NCBI GenBank assembly: GCA_002633005.1
Contig: NMRA01000421.1
Location: forward strand, 1 to 64,000
Reading direction: 5' to 3'
Length of the DNA stretch: 64,000 nucleotides
DNA from: Phoronis australis
Lineage: Eukaryota; Animalia; Phoronida
Part shown: positions 11,312 through 22,595 of the stretch, in pieces
Layout: the number at the start of each line of letters is the position of its first letter
Position numbering within the stretch: position 1 is the first letter of the stretch
Made by a program: the position numbers and the translations under genes
The notes under the pieces: model-generated
The model's input: the letters and a program-made list of their open reading frames with translations, nothing else
Told to the model about the DNA's origin: nothing
Database searches by the model: none

Positions 11312-12336
11312 CATGCTATACTAAAGATGCACGTGTTTATTCATTTTAACGTTATTGTAAGCTTTTCTTGTTGGCAAAGGCAATACTGTATTCAGACGGT
11401 GACGGATATTAATGCTTTTTTTTGTATTGACAATGACATGATGCGTTTCCTGACAGGCAATTACCAATAGTTGTTCTCAAGTTATTGACAATGACATGTA
11501 TACATTTATTACTGAAGATGGCCATTTTTACCTGCCGACGTAGGCTTAATATGCCTTTAACGTAGGAACCAGTACTGGTCCCTAGCTTTAACTAACTGCT
11601 GATAGTTGATTTGATAAAATATGAATGGTTTTCGAGAGCTGGATATTATCGTAGAAAACAAACTAGCCTAAAGTTAGTGTATTCAATAGGCATCTTGGCT
11701 TGTTTTATGGGGACATGCAAGGCAGGTCTATTGGACTGCAGGCAGTAATTCCACATCTTGCTGGTGAGGTTTCAACCCCCTACTCCTGTTTCCCCCAGTT
11801 TCATTCATCTCATCTTCACCCCAATTCGCTACCCATTTCGAATACCATAAGGCACGAATGCTCGAGGTCCAGTGCCCTGTTCCATGAAACAGTTCCACTA
11901 GAAAAGGCGATTCCACTATGTTCCTTAAATCTCTTTCGTATTTGTGAGTAGATATGAATTTAGAATTTGTACAAAAAATAGTGTAACTTTGAAACGGTTT
12001 TTCTTAGCAGTCAAGAGGAATTTAGTTATGGGGTATGCGTGTGTGTGTGTGTGCGTGTCTGGGTATTCTTTGTCTTTTTGTGGTATTGTAATGTTTTTCT
12101 CATTGCCAATAAATGTATAAGAAAAAAAGAATCTTTTCATGCAAAGCTCCTAATTTAAGGACTAAGTCCCGAAATATTTTGACTGGATTAAGGACTCAGT
12201 TTTTAGTTATATTATTAGAAAACGCCATCATAAGTCAATAGAGGAGCTCGTTAAAAAGATAAAATGATGGAAAAATATAACAACTATATGAGTAAAGAAC
12301 GACACATACGCAAACGATTTAGGCAAATCAGTTGAG

Positions 12337-12498
12337 CACAGGCGGATACTGGGGGTCAAAGGGGTCCGTACCCATTTTCTTTGATTTTAGTAATATCAAA
12401 TCTAGAATTTTCAAATTGTTGACTTGTATTACCCTTCTTAAGAAATCTTCCATCCGATCCCCCCCCCCCTATTTTTAAAAATCCTGGATCTCTTCCTG
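12337..12498. mobile_element. Short hAT-like MITE with 5-bp TSD
   Basis: CACAGGCGGATAC..GGATCTCTTCCTG, flanked by TTGAG/TTGAG. Confidence 0.6.
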
Positions 12499-12598
12499 TT
12501 GAGTCCCTATTTGGGAGTGTTTCATAACTGAGCACAGACCTCCCTGCTATAATGTATAATGTCGTAAGGTGTGAATTTTTGAAACAAACATCTGGACC

Positions 12599-12915
12599 TA
12601 GGGCGGATCCAGGATTTTGCGTTGGGGGAAAGGGTACAGGAACAACCAAAATTTCGGCAGATGCGCGCGCCCATCCTAAAATGTCGGGATGCAGGGGTCT
12701 CGAATTTTTGGTTTTGCGGACATTTTGAATACAAAAAAACGGTAAACGGGATTTGTCCAGGGCCTATGCCATTGTTTGTTCACCCCCTGAGCCCCCCTGG
12801 TTGCGCGCATGTTCTAGTCAGCAATTCGCACCCGAACTGCCAAATGGTATCTGGCAGAATTTTAGGGGGCCATGGCCCCCTTTCCCCTCCTCCCCCCCTT
12901 CTAAATCCTCCACTG
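12599..12915 (-). mobile_element. hAT-like MITE, inverted copy of 11001-11311, 5-bp TSD
   Basis: Reverse complement of 11001-11311 over its full length, flanked by GGACC/GGACC (12594-12598, 12916-12920). Confidence 0.75.
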
Positions 12916-13539
12916 GGACCCGTGTTTGGATGCCCAAATACATATACATGTAGGACAGTTCTTGAACATTGGCGGAGGACAGCGAAACATTTGATGGTTG
13001 GGAGGAGGACTAGTCTATTAATTTTTCAATTTTAATTCAAAACATTTTTTGTAATTTATTGTTAATTTATAGATATTAACACTTGGGATATCATTGGGGG
13101 GCAAAAAGTTATCTCCGGACCCAACTTTTTGGTTGAAGGGTCCCCCACTCCCCGTTTTACTCCTACCAGTCGTCTTCAATAGATCTATGATATGTTTTTT
13201 ACTTCCCTGGACCCCCTGGAAAAAATCCTACAGGTTCTGCATCTTCCCAGCCTCCAATCACTTATTTCACCTTCTCATCTCTTGCTTATGATGCATTTCT
13301 CGTATTACCCTTGCTACCCACTAATTTTTTCTTGACTTACTCTATATGTTTTACCTAGTAGCCTAGAGGAGTTCAACCTTTTTTTGAAAAAAGTGCAATA
13401 TTGTGGAAACTATCTAAGCTGGTTCATCCATAAGCGCTGTGCGAGAAAAGCGGTCTGTCAGCCAATATATGGTGTAAATTTAAGCGATCTAATTTCATCT
13501 ATCTTATAAAAATTGGCATTTTAAAATGTCCACCTTCTG

Positions 13540-15560
13540 GCGCCCAACTTGCCTCGGCCCGAGGCAAGTTAGGCCCACCCACGGGGCAAGTTCGGCCTCC
13601 ATTGAAGTACTCTTAAAATGAACAAAAACACATGTTTGCAAAATTTTGTGTTGGTGTATGCCTGTTTATTTGTCCCAAAGGACCGTAAATACACAAGAAT
13701 TATGGCTTGAATGTCAACTGTCTATTAAATATACTTCGCAAATGTCATAAGCCTTCACATATTAAATTGATGATCGAATGCTACTTTTTAAATAAGGAGC
13801 CATTAGAAGTAAACATGGTGAGAGTTTAAACGTATTTGCATTAGTCCTCATTCGAGTTACAGCTGTGGCACACAACGGAGGACAGCATCCCATCGTCAGC
13901 ACATTCCTTATGGGCCCACCCTTTGCACTCAACGTAGGGGACCCACTTTTCTTTACTCCTGCTGTTAGAATATGGTTCTAGACAAACGAGGCAAAACACT
14001 CCTGTTCAGACTCGCTGTCTGAAGATGGGGATGGCGATTTCTCTTCTTTTTGTTTTTTTTTTTTATGTCAACAGCAAGTTTTCTCGCAGGTTTCTTCTAA
14101 GTCTTAACCCCTTAGCCTGTTCTCTCAAGCCTTTTTCTCTGGTGTAAAAGTAAGAATGGCCGATTTTATCCGTTTTCTGTTTCCACCTGTAGTTTTGCGC
14201 GGTGGATCTGTTGGGCGTGGTCTCACTGCTTGTACTGCAGTCAGTAGCACGTAGTAATACACTTTATTCGCGTTACGACAAAAATACAATTAATACAAAT
14301 TTACGCTTATGGAGACTCCGTGAAGGACCCGAAGGGCCCGCTGACCACGGAGCCACCAGAGAATAAAGATAAAATACAGTGTTACAGATAATCAGAATTA
14401 CAAAATTAGGTGGTAATGTAATTTGAAACTGCTTGTAAAACGACTAGGAGAGATTTTCGAAAATAGTTACTTACGAAGCAGTTGGGAATAGTGCACTCAA
14501 GTTCATGACTGTCAAACAAACGTTTTTAAAATAATCTATAACAGAGGATATCGAATGGGTAAAAAATTTTTGGGAAACTCTTTCAGGAAGGTTATTAATG
14601 ATATGAGAGAGGGCGTTGCGAACTGAATCTTCAGCAAATGATTCAGTACAACGAGGAGTTTGTAGATGTCGGTTTTCTAGTGAATGTAATTTCATGAACA
14701 GACCCACGGGTGGCAAATACGACTTATTTCCTTGATTATCGACAATCACGGGCTGCTGAATCTGATTCCAGGGATTGCTCAGGATGGGGAGGCGATTCTG
14801 GGGTCTTGCAAACTGCCCCATCGTAATGAGCACTAACGCCAGAACCTTGTAAATTGAGTCCAAGGCATTGATGGATAGATGTGAATCGTGGTTATCAAGA
14901 AGAATGAGTACGGGAGCATCTTTTGATGGTTTGACATTTTCAACGAAATACAGAAGAAACATGGTGAAGTTGTTAGCTGTCATCCAACCTGATGGATGAG
15001 CGGTTCCTTTTGAGCCTGCAGGTGCTCCGTTTATAAGTATTCCTTATAATGCGCTCGAGAATAAATCAAGAAGTTTGGTATGGTCTGACCGCTGCCCTTA
15101 GAGTATCTGATTCTCTTGATTTAGTTTTTCTCTTGTAATGTCAATCCATGCTTAGGGAAAAATTCTGAAAAATAAAAGAAATAAATGGTAATTAAAACTT
15201 GGCATTGTATTTGTTCAAGGCCAGACGATACCCCGTAAATGTAGATCACAAGCCAGACGGTTTACTTTTGAACCTGTTCTGGCTTCGCATCAGAGAGTAA
15301 AACACTTTCACATTTTTAGTGCCCACAGTATTTACGTTTAAAAATCATATTTTTGTTCACAAACCTTAAAAATGACAATGTGTTACCAAAGAAACATATT
15401 CATATAAGGTGAGTTTGTGGAATCTCATGATGAAGGCTACTCATTAAATTTCCTGAAAAAAAATTATTGATAATATATCAAGTAAAGTGAACGGGGCAAG
15501 TTCGGCACCTGGCCAGACTAGCTGAGCCCCATGTTAACGGGCCCAACTTGCCCCGCTAGC
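13540..15560 (-). mobile_element. Decayed pogo-like (Tc1/mariner superfamily) transposon, DDE_1 + PHD finger
   Basis: Minus strand ~15065-14855: NGAPAGSKGTAHPSGWMTANNF..PVLILLDNHDSHLS (DDE_1 motif). ~14005-13841: CLVCLEPY..W..ECKGWAHKEC..VCHSC (PHD). GGGGCAAGTT motifs cluster at both ends. Boundaries approximate. Confidence 0.75.
14255..14695 (-). mobile_element. 5'-truncated L2/CR1-group (Crack-like) LINE 3' end nested in the pogo element
   Basis: Minus-strand HSLENRHLQTPRCTESFAEDSVRNALSHIINNLP..FK resembles the ORF2 C-terminus, followed by a 3'UTR ending in AATAAA. Confidence 0.55.
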
Positions 15561-15742
15561 TCTAAATGGAAACACACGTAATTACCTCATCAATGACTGA
15601 GGAATCTGAATTCATGGCCTGTCTTGAAGAGCAAGCTGTTGTTAAAACCCACGAACAAAACATTTTTACATCAATGCTCATAGCTAGCACTGAATCGAGT
15701 GAAGCTACAAAATAAAAACTGGGTTAAAAACCAATCATCGCC

Positions 15743-17980
15743 CAGTGGCGGATCTACGGGGCTTAAACCCTCCTTAGGCCAGGACCCAAAAATAAAAAAA
15801 AATAAAAACGTCTCCAGCAAAACAAAACGGCACCCCTAGCGTGTGTAAATCCCAAGTAAACCAACTTGGAAAAACAATGAGGGGGAGTTTACTCTGAAAA
15901 TATATTTTTTTGCATTGTGAATTGCTGAGACTTCGTGGCTCATCGGCAAAATGCGCAGAGTTCAATTGTGCGCGCGCTTCCGTCGACACTTCGGAAGTAG
16001 CCAAGCATTTTAGATGCATCCACAGCTGAAAGAGCAGTTCTATAACTGATTTCTTTAGGTACTAGCTCGTTTACTCTAAGACATGTTTCGATTTGATTAG
16101 GGGAAATACTGTGGTGCCGCAACCCTTATATTCACCGCCAGACGAATTGACTTGCAACGTTTTTACCTCATCTGTCTTGCCGTGTCATTCTATTACACTC
16201 CACACGTTTGTTACTGGTGTATAGTAAAGTTGTCTTGCGCAATATCATACAGTGTACATGTACATGTAATATTAAAAAAAAAATCGTTTTCCGAAGAATT
16301 GCTATTGTGGCGGGCGCCGTGGTCTGGTCGCGAATCCGCTTGAAGATACACTCTAACAAGTCATGTCTATACAAGGAATGACCAATGGGGGACTCTCATT
16401 GACAAAGTGACCGCATCCGCAAACAGTGTACAGTACCAGAAATTGCGGAGAGGCTGTTCTTTCACAACAAAGTCTTGCGGGACTCGTGCGATATGTTCAA
16501 TAGGCCTCCTAAGAAGCCCGTTTCGACCTCAACACCTACCGTCTTTCTACCTGCAATAAACACACCACTGCCGTCTTCTGTACTGGGAATTTCCGCAGAA
16601 AGGCCCACCCGACGAAACGCTCATGCCCATGAGCATTTATTTGATGTTTCAAGCGTTCAGACATTGGGACGTACTTATTTCGAAAATTGCAAGAGATGCA
16701 AATAGGTTCTGGGATACATCATCAAGGTTTGAAGTAGTCCATGATGAGCGGATCAAATTTGGTTGCACATGTAAGTCTTTTGAATGGGCCAACTGAGCTT
16801 TGAAACGAGATGCTGACATTGTAGGGGCTTACAAGCTCATTGACGAAGTGCAAGCGTTGGGAACAAACATCGAAGATATCTGGATAGAATGGTTCCAAGA
16901 CGAGCAAACCATTGGATCCGATCAGATTAATCGGCAGTCTACTAGACAACAGAAGGATAGGATTAACGTATGAGTAACCTGGAGATTAAAAAGTGTCTAG
17001 AGAGAAGTTTTCAATTCAATTTTTTTGCATAGTACACTTTAGGTCTCACCGACGGACCAGGCCAGCTTGATTTGTGAGATGTTGAGTGGCAGTGTACTTC
17101 TGGTCCTTCGGCGAACTAGTCTTGTGATTTTTTTACCAAAGTGTGCTTTGTAAAACTATTGATCTCAGCCAGTATTGTTTGGTCCCGCGACAGATCGACT
17201 ATTTTTATAGGGATAATAAGCACAGGTGTACTCGTCTCGGTGACGGACCAGGTCATCCTTTTTGTGTACCGTCTCAGTGTACATCAGTCTGGTCCCTCTG
17301 CAACGGCTAGTCCAGTACATCTTTCACTTCACGCCACTGTGCACAGGATGTTTTGGTTTCGTGAAACGGTTTTCAGATGATTTGTTTCCTCACATATGAC
17401 GTTTTTCAATTGTTGTCAACGCGTGATTCAACTAAATAAAGTGATAATTATTTATTGTCGCTTTCAATAATAGACTCTGAGCTGAGAGCACCATCGTTCG
17501 CCAGTTTTTCTAGTAACGAGACAGAACAATACAGGTCTTCGTTCTTAAACAACTTGAGGCTGCTGTTACGCAATCATCTGATATTCAAGTTTTTACCTCC
17601 CGTCGGTGCTCCTTAAGTTATGCCTTTCAATATTTGGAAGTTGTTTTTAAAAATACACACCACTACACTTTTTCGTATACGACTTTTCGTATGCTAACTG
17701 TGTGTGTAAGCACTGAGATCTTCCAATATTGACAAAAAAATTTGCTGTGCAGGTGGCGCCACTCCCCCATACCCAGATGTGCACAATATGGTTTCACGAA
17801 ACTTATGAGCCAAGTTCATGTGACGAAATTGAGAAGGGTTTTAAGAAAAACATATGTTAAGTGCCAGAAACTTCAGTTATACCAAAAAATGTCATGCGCC
17901 TAGGATTCGACCTTTGCCGCGGGAATCCTAGCCCCTCCCCCCGCCCGCCTTACTTAAAACAGGCGTAGACTCCGCCAATG
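15743..17980 (+). mobile_element. ~2.2-kb decayed hAT-like element with transposase remnant
   Basis: TIRs CAGTGGCGGATCTACG / CGTAGACTCCGCCAATG, flanks TCGCC / TTGCC. Internal +strand 16803-16910 KRDADIVGAYKLIDEVQALGTNIEDIWIEWFQ resembles THAP12/PRKRIR-type hAT transposases. Confidence 0.65.
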
Positions 17981-20900
17981 TTGCCTGTGAGATCCACTTG
18001 AGAAAAGTGCACACAATAGCGGACTTGGGGCGGTGGCCCAACTAGCCCCGGGACCGAACTATCGGCGACTAGCCGCGCCGGCGATCCCCTTTCAGTGTAT
18101 TTTTGCATTCCAATGCACTTGTTCTAAATATCTTAAAGAAAGACACTTCACAATTTCGAAGTTGACAAACTAAAATCGGCCATGGTAGTCGATGAGTGGC
18201 ATACTTCGTTGGCGCACGCTGAGTGTCGCAACGGTCCATGACGCATTTGCGGTCAAATGATGAATAGTCTTGTTGATGTGTTTGGATACACCCCGGTTCC
18301 AATACTGACCAAGAGAGAGCGCTGTGTTGTTGTAGCCAATGAAGAATATTTGCCTATTGATAGTTGGCGTTCTGCAACAGTCGCAATCCTAACATTATGA
18401 AGAACTGTGTGAGCAACTCTTTATATTTAGCTTAACATCTACAAAATTCGTGATGAGAAATTGCTTAATAACTGTGTATTACATGTGTATCTAGCAACTG
18501 GCCAAATTAACGTTGTGTTGTGAGTCCCTGTACTACTTTCGTCCTGACTTAAATGGTCTCCATTTAAAACATAGGCTACGACACGTACACGTCAAACGCG
18601 GTGGACTCAGGTGGGTGAAACATCGTTACTTCGCTATGACAAAGAGGTTGAATGGAGGGAGACGTAATCATGGTGATATCGTCTTGATGTTATTACCCTA
18701 ATTAAGACAGTCAAAATAACAAATAGTGTATCAGTTGTTTCAGAAAATACGTGAAGAAACGAAAGCTGTCAGCTGGTCAAGTGGTCGGCAGAGACTTTTG
18801 CCTTGGCCACAAGGCGTCCTCAGCTTCTGATCGTCCCCAATATTGGAGACGATCTGAAGCTGAGGACGCCTGTGGCCTACAACTGCCTCTTCCTTCACTC
18901 CTCAGTCAGAAGCACGTACATGTAGGCGAAAGCAAGCGCATGGACGCGTAATTTTGTGGTAATAGGCGGATACATGGTCCCTGATATGAGAGCCAGTTAC
19001 TCCCACTGAATAACGCCGGTTATTCATACAGGCACTTGGTCTTGAGTTGATCTGTTCCTCGGTCACCACCGACGTCCCTCACTACTAATAAAACATAAAG
19101 GTAGGACACTAAAAATCGGTTTTCTCACAATTTTCCACTCAAATGGAACTCTACAAAATCAGCATTGGACAAATCTTTGAACACCTTTCATCACATTAAC
19201 GTTCCTTCAACTGATGATTTGATGGCAAAATGTCAACACCAAACTCACAAATTCAAGGAGGCTATTTGTGACATTCATGGCAGACACCCATCTTACACAT
19301 TTGGGTCTTTCACAGATGCTCCTGGAGCAATTCCAGATTCACACATCCACGAATGTTATTCGAGTACCCTCCACATAATTTCGTGTTAGTTTGAATGTAT
19401 TTTAACTCAGGTTTTGTAAAATAACATTGTCTGTATCATAAAAACCATGGGTTGCTGCGTACTAATGTAAGCCTACTACTCATTAGTGATTTCCTGCAAC
19501 TAAATGTGCGATCGGACATCAGAAATTTACGCCAAAAGCCAAGTGTTCGTTGTACGGGCTTCAACCAAGAGTAGCTAGCACATATGTCAGAGATCAAACA
19601 CAAGTTCTTGCAATTAAATTCTAGGTTAAGTGATATAATGAGCTATAAGAAGAAGCCAATTACACACTAGTGGAAGGTTAAGTTTAGTGACCTCAATTGC
19701 AGCCAAATTATTTGACTTTGACTTGAAGGCTTGCTTTCTCAATATCAATTTTTGGACTATGGAACCTTCGGACTATATGGAAGTTTTTGTATCTCCTAAC
19801 ATTTATTGAAATAGTTCAGTCTATGAAATCTTCGAACCAATGAACTTTCGGACTGTAGAGATACACAATGTCTCGTAATGGTAAAAATGTGAGCTTCAGC
19901 GCCAGACTTCCGGCGCTTAGCCATTGTAGTGGCATACGCACTGCTCCCTTCTTTATTATGGTGTATACTAGAGGTTTGTTCTCAGAGATCAAAATAAGGC
20001 CTGGCATACAGATGACCTGAGGTTGTAGTAGAATAGTGGAGTAACTCGACTTAGTAGCAGCGTTGTGTTGTGTTGTGGACAGCCTCGGTCCGTCAGTGAG
20101 ATGGTTGTATTCAGTAACTAAGTGTGGAACACTCAATTACACTAGTACAGCAACTGGCAGTAGCAAGATGAGGACTGTCTTTATTAGACAAGTGAACGGA
20201 TTTATATACAAGTTACAAATATGTGGGTTGCATGCACTAAACTTTATGATTCAATATCCTACAGGAAAAAACAGGAAGCAACTCTAAAACTTTCACAACA
20301 ATCATCTGAACTACTCTGTTGTGTTTGCCATATATGGTAATGGTCAGCTGTCTTGAGGCAATGTTTCTGTGAATGACCATTACGCAATCTTGTTTACTAC
20401 AGAGATCATCAAAACATGTGTGGATGCACCGGATGGGCTGGTCGCTGACTCAGCTGACAGCCAAAACAAGCCTCTATAAACAAAAACAATTGGCTAGCAA
20501 GGAAATGATATCAATAAGAAATAACACTATCAAACTTAAACATACTAGGAATTATATGTATCATGAATGTCACAGATTTCATGACAGAGGTGATGATGTT
20601 TACATGGGGATGCTCAACCAAGTTGTTGATTGATGAAAAGACTTTTTGCAAAATCTACTGAAAAACTCGGTGAGGTTGGCGACCCCTATGCCCATCACTC
20701 TAATGTAGTGTAAATGATAAACCGACAAAATAGCTCTTGGCACTTCTGCCAATAAATTAGCAATCATCAAATATAAAAATCTCAAGTAACTGGCATTCCC
20801 TGACAACCCATCTTGTAGAGCCTGGTCTCGAATAAAATTGCAGTGTTTAAAGTTCAGTCTTCAACATGACTAATTAACAATTTCATAATGGTTGGTATAA

Positions 20901-21519
20901 AGAAAAATTTGCTTTTTGTGATGTGAAGTAGGTTTATTGTTGACACAAGTGTAGTCAACTACATCTATTTTTCAGAACAACCCAGCTTTCTAAGAATATG
21001 ATGCACAGGATTTGCCGGTTTGAGTCACCCTTGCTGACCTATGAACTATGAACTATCATAATGATGACTGTTCTAGCAGCAGATTTCTCACTTGAACTGT
21101 AAACAACCACAATTATATCCCTACTAGGTTCATGTGGCAGTTCATTTACTGCTCGCTTTAGCTACCAAACAAGTGAATAGAACTAACTTGAAACACCGAT
21201 TTATCCTTAGTATCATTAAGTTCATATCTCGCCAATTTTGGACAAAACTAAGTGCCAAAACCAATGTGTGAATGTTCACAATTTCTAAAGAAAAACATTG
21301 TCTGCCAGTAGGTACATGTACGATATTGAATTTTAAAATTGGTATAATCGTTTGTTGCTACACTTAACATAACATCAACTTGGGCAAAATGCGACTCGGA
21401 AATTTTCACTGATGCCTCTCTCAGGGGGCCCAATATCCAACACAGCCTCACCTCTTACCTAAGTGAAACACAGATGATCAGGACACATCTGTGCATGAGT
21501 CATGAACCGACCTATCCAA

Positions 21520-22182
21520 TTTTTGCATAACACCTTCCGGCTCTTATCTGTTTACTTCCTGTAGTATTTTGAGCATGTGTTCAGATTTGTGCATGGCGAT
21601 TATTGAAGATATGATGACATATTCCTGTTTTTGGATGGATTTGACATATTTTGCGCCATCTAGTGGCCATCTTTACTGTTTTCGATTCCACCCCTCTATC
21701 TACTAAACTGCTCTACTTAAGGATGATTGTGAAAATTGGCTTGATTGTTCTTTGTGTGAAGAGGACGGTTGACGATGATTTTCTGATGACTGACTACTGT
21801 GGCGCCTCCTAGTGGCAGTTTTTTTCTGTTTCCATGTCTTTTTCCTAAACCCACAGCAGGATCTTTGTTAAATTTAGCAAATGTATAGTAAGTGGACAAC
21901 GGACGACGTTGTTCAGATGTATCCGACGAACTCTAAGTCCCCGACTGGCAATTTCATCAATTTCGTTTTTTTCCATTTTCCTCCGTTTCTTTGAAGTTCC
22001 TTGATGGATTTTTATGAATTTGTTAAATAGCTTTTTGTTAAAGAAACGACATGTTGCCGTTTTTGGGTGGATTTTATGTATTTTGCGCCATCTAGTGGCC
22101 ATTTTAGGACACAAATAAACGCCCCTGAAAGCACACCGTTTACAGTGCATTCGTAGGCGCATTTCAACGCGTTGCTCTTGCT
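21520..22182 (+). mobile_element. 3' part of a Helentron-associated (HINE-like) element
   Basis: Same internal units (GCGCCATCTAGTGGCCAT) and same 3' end (TGCATTCGTAGGCGCATTTCA..GCTCTTG) as 33215-35116. Confidence 0.65.
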
Positions 22183-22211
22183 ACGGAAGGCATGGTTCAG
22201 AGTAACTTTAA

Positions 22212-22595
22212 AGGAACATGCCACCCAAAAAACCTTTTTGTATCAATTTAAATCGAGTAGTTCTACCAGACAACGGCACGTTCGGTTGCGTTACCTGACA
22301 CCTGACGGCAGACGGAGGTGTTGAAATTATCCAATGACGTAATTGGTTTCACACGCCGTCTGTTCAGCAGTTCAAAACACGGGTTACTGGTGTCAGCTTA
22401 TCGCTTGAATTCATTGTTTAACACCAATAGATCATCAAACTTCGATGTAAAGCCCTTAAAAATACACCGAGTTTTTATAAAAACGTGTTGTTTTATTTCG
22501 CTCTTACGGATTTACTGGTATTTGGACACACTGTAGCCTACAAAGTTTGGCAGGCCAATTTACCAAGGTCCGTAGCACTGAGGAGTTTGGGGTCT
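22212..22595. mobile_element. Terminal fragment of the Kolobok family seen at 750-1135 (inverted)
   Basis: TTAA|AGGAACATGCCACCC..; ~385 bp of reverse-complement similarity to 750-1135. Confidence 0.75.
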
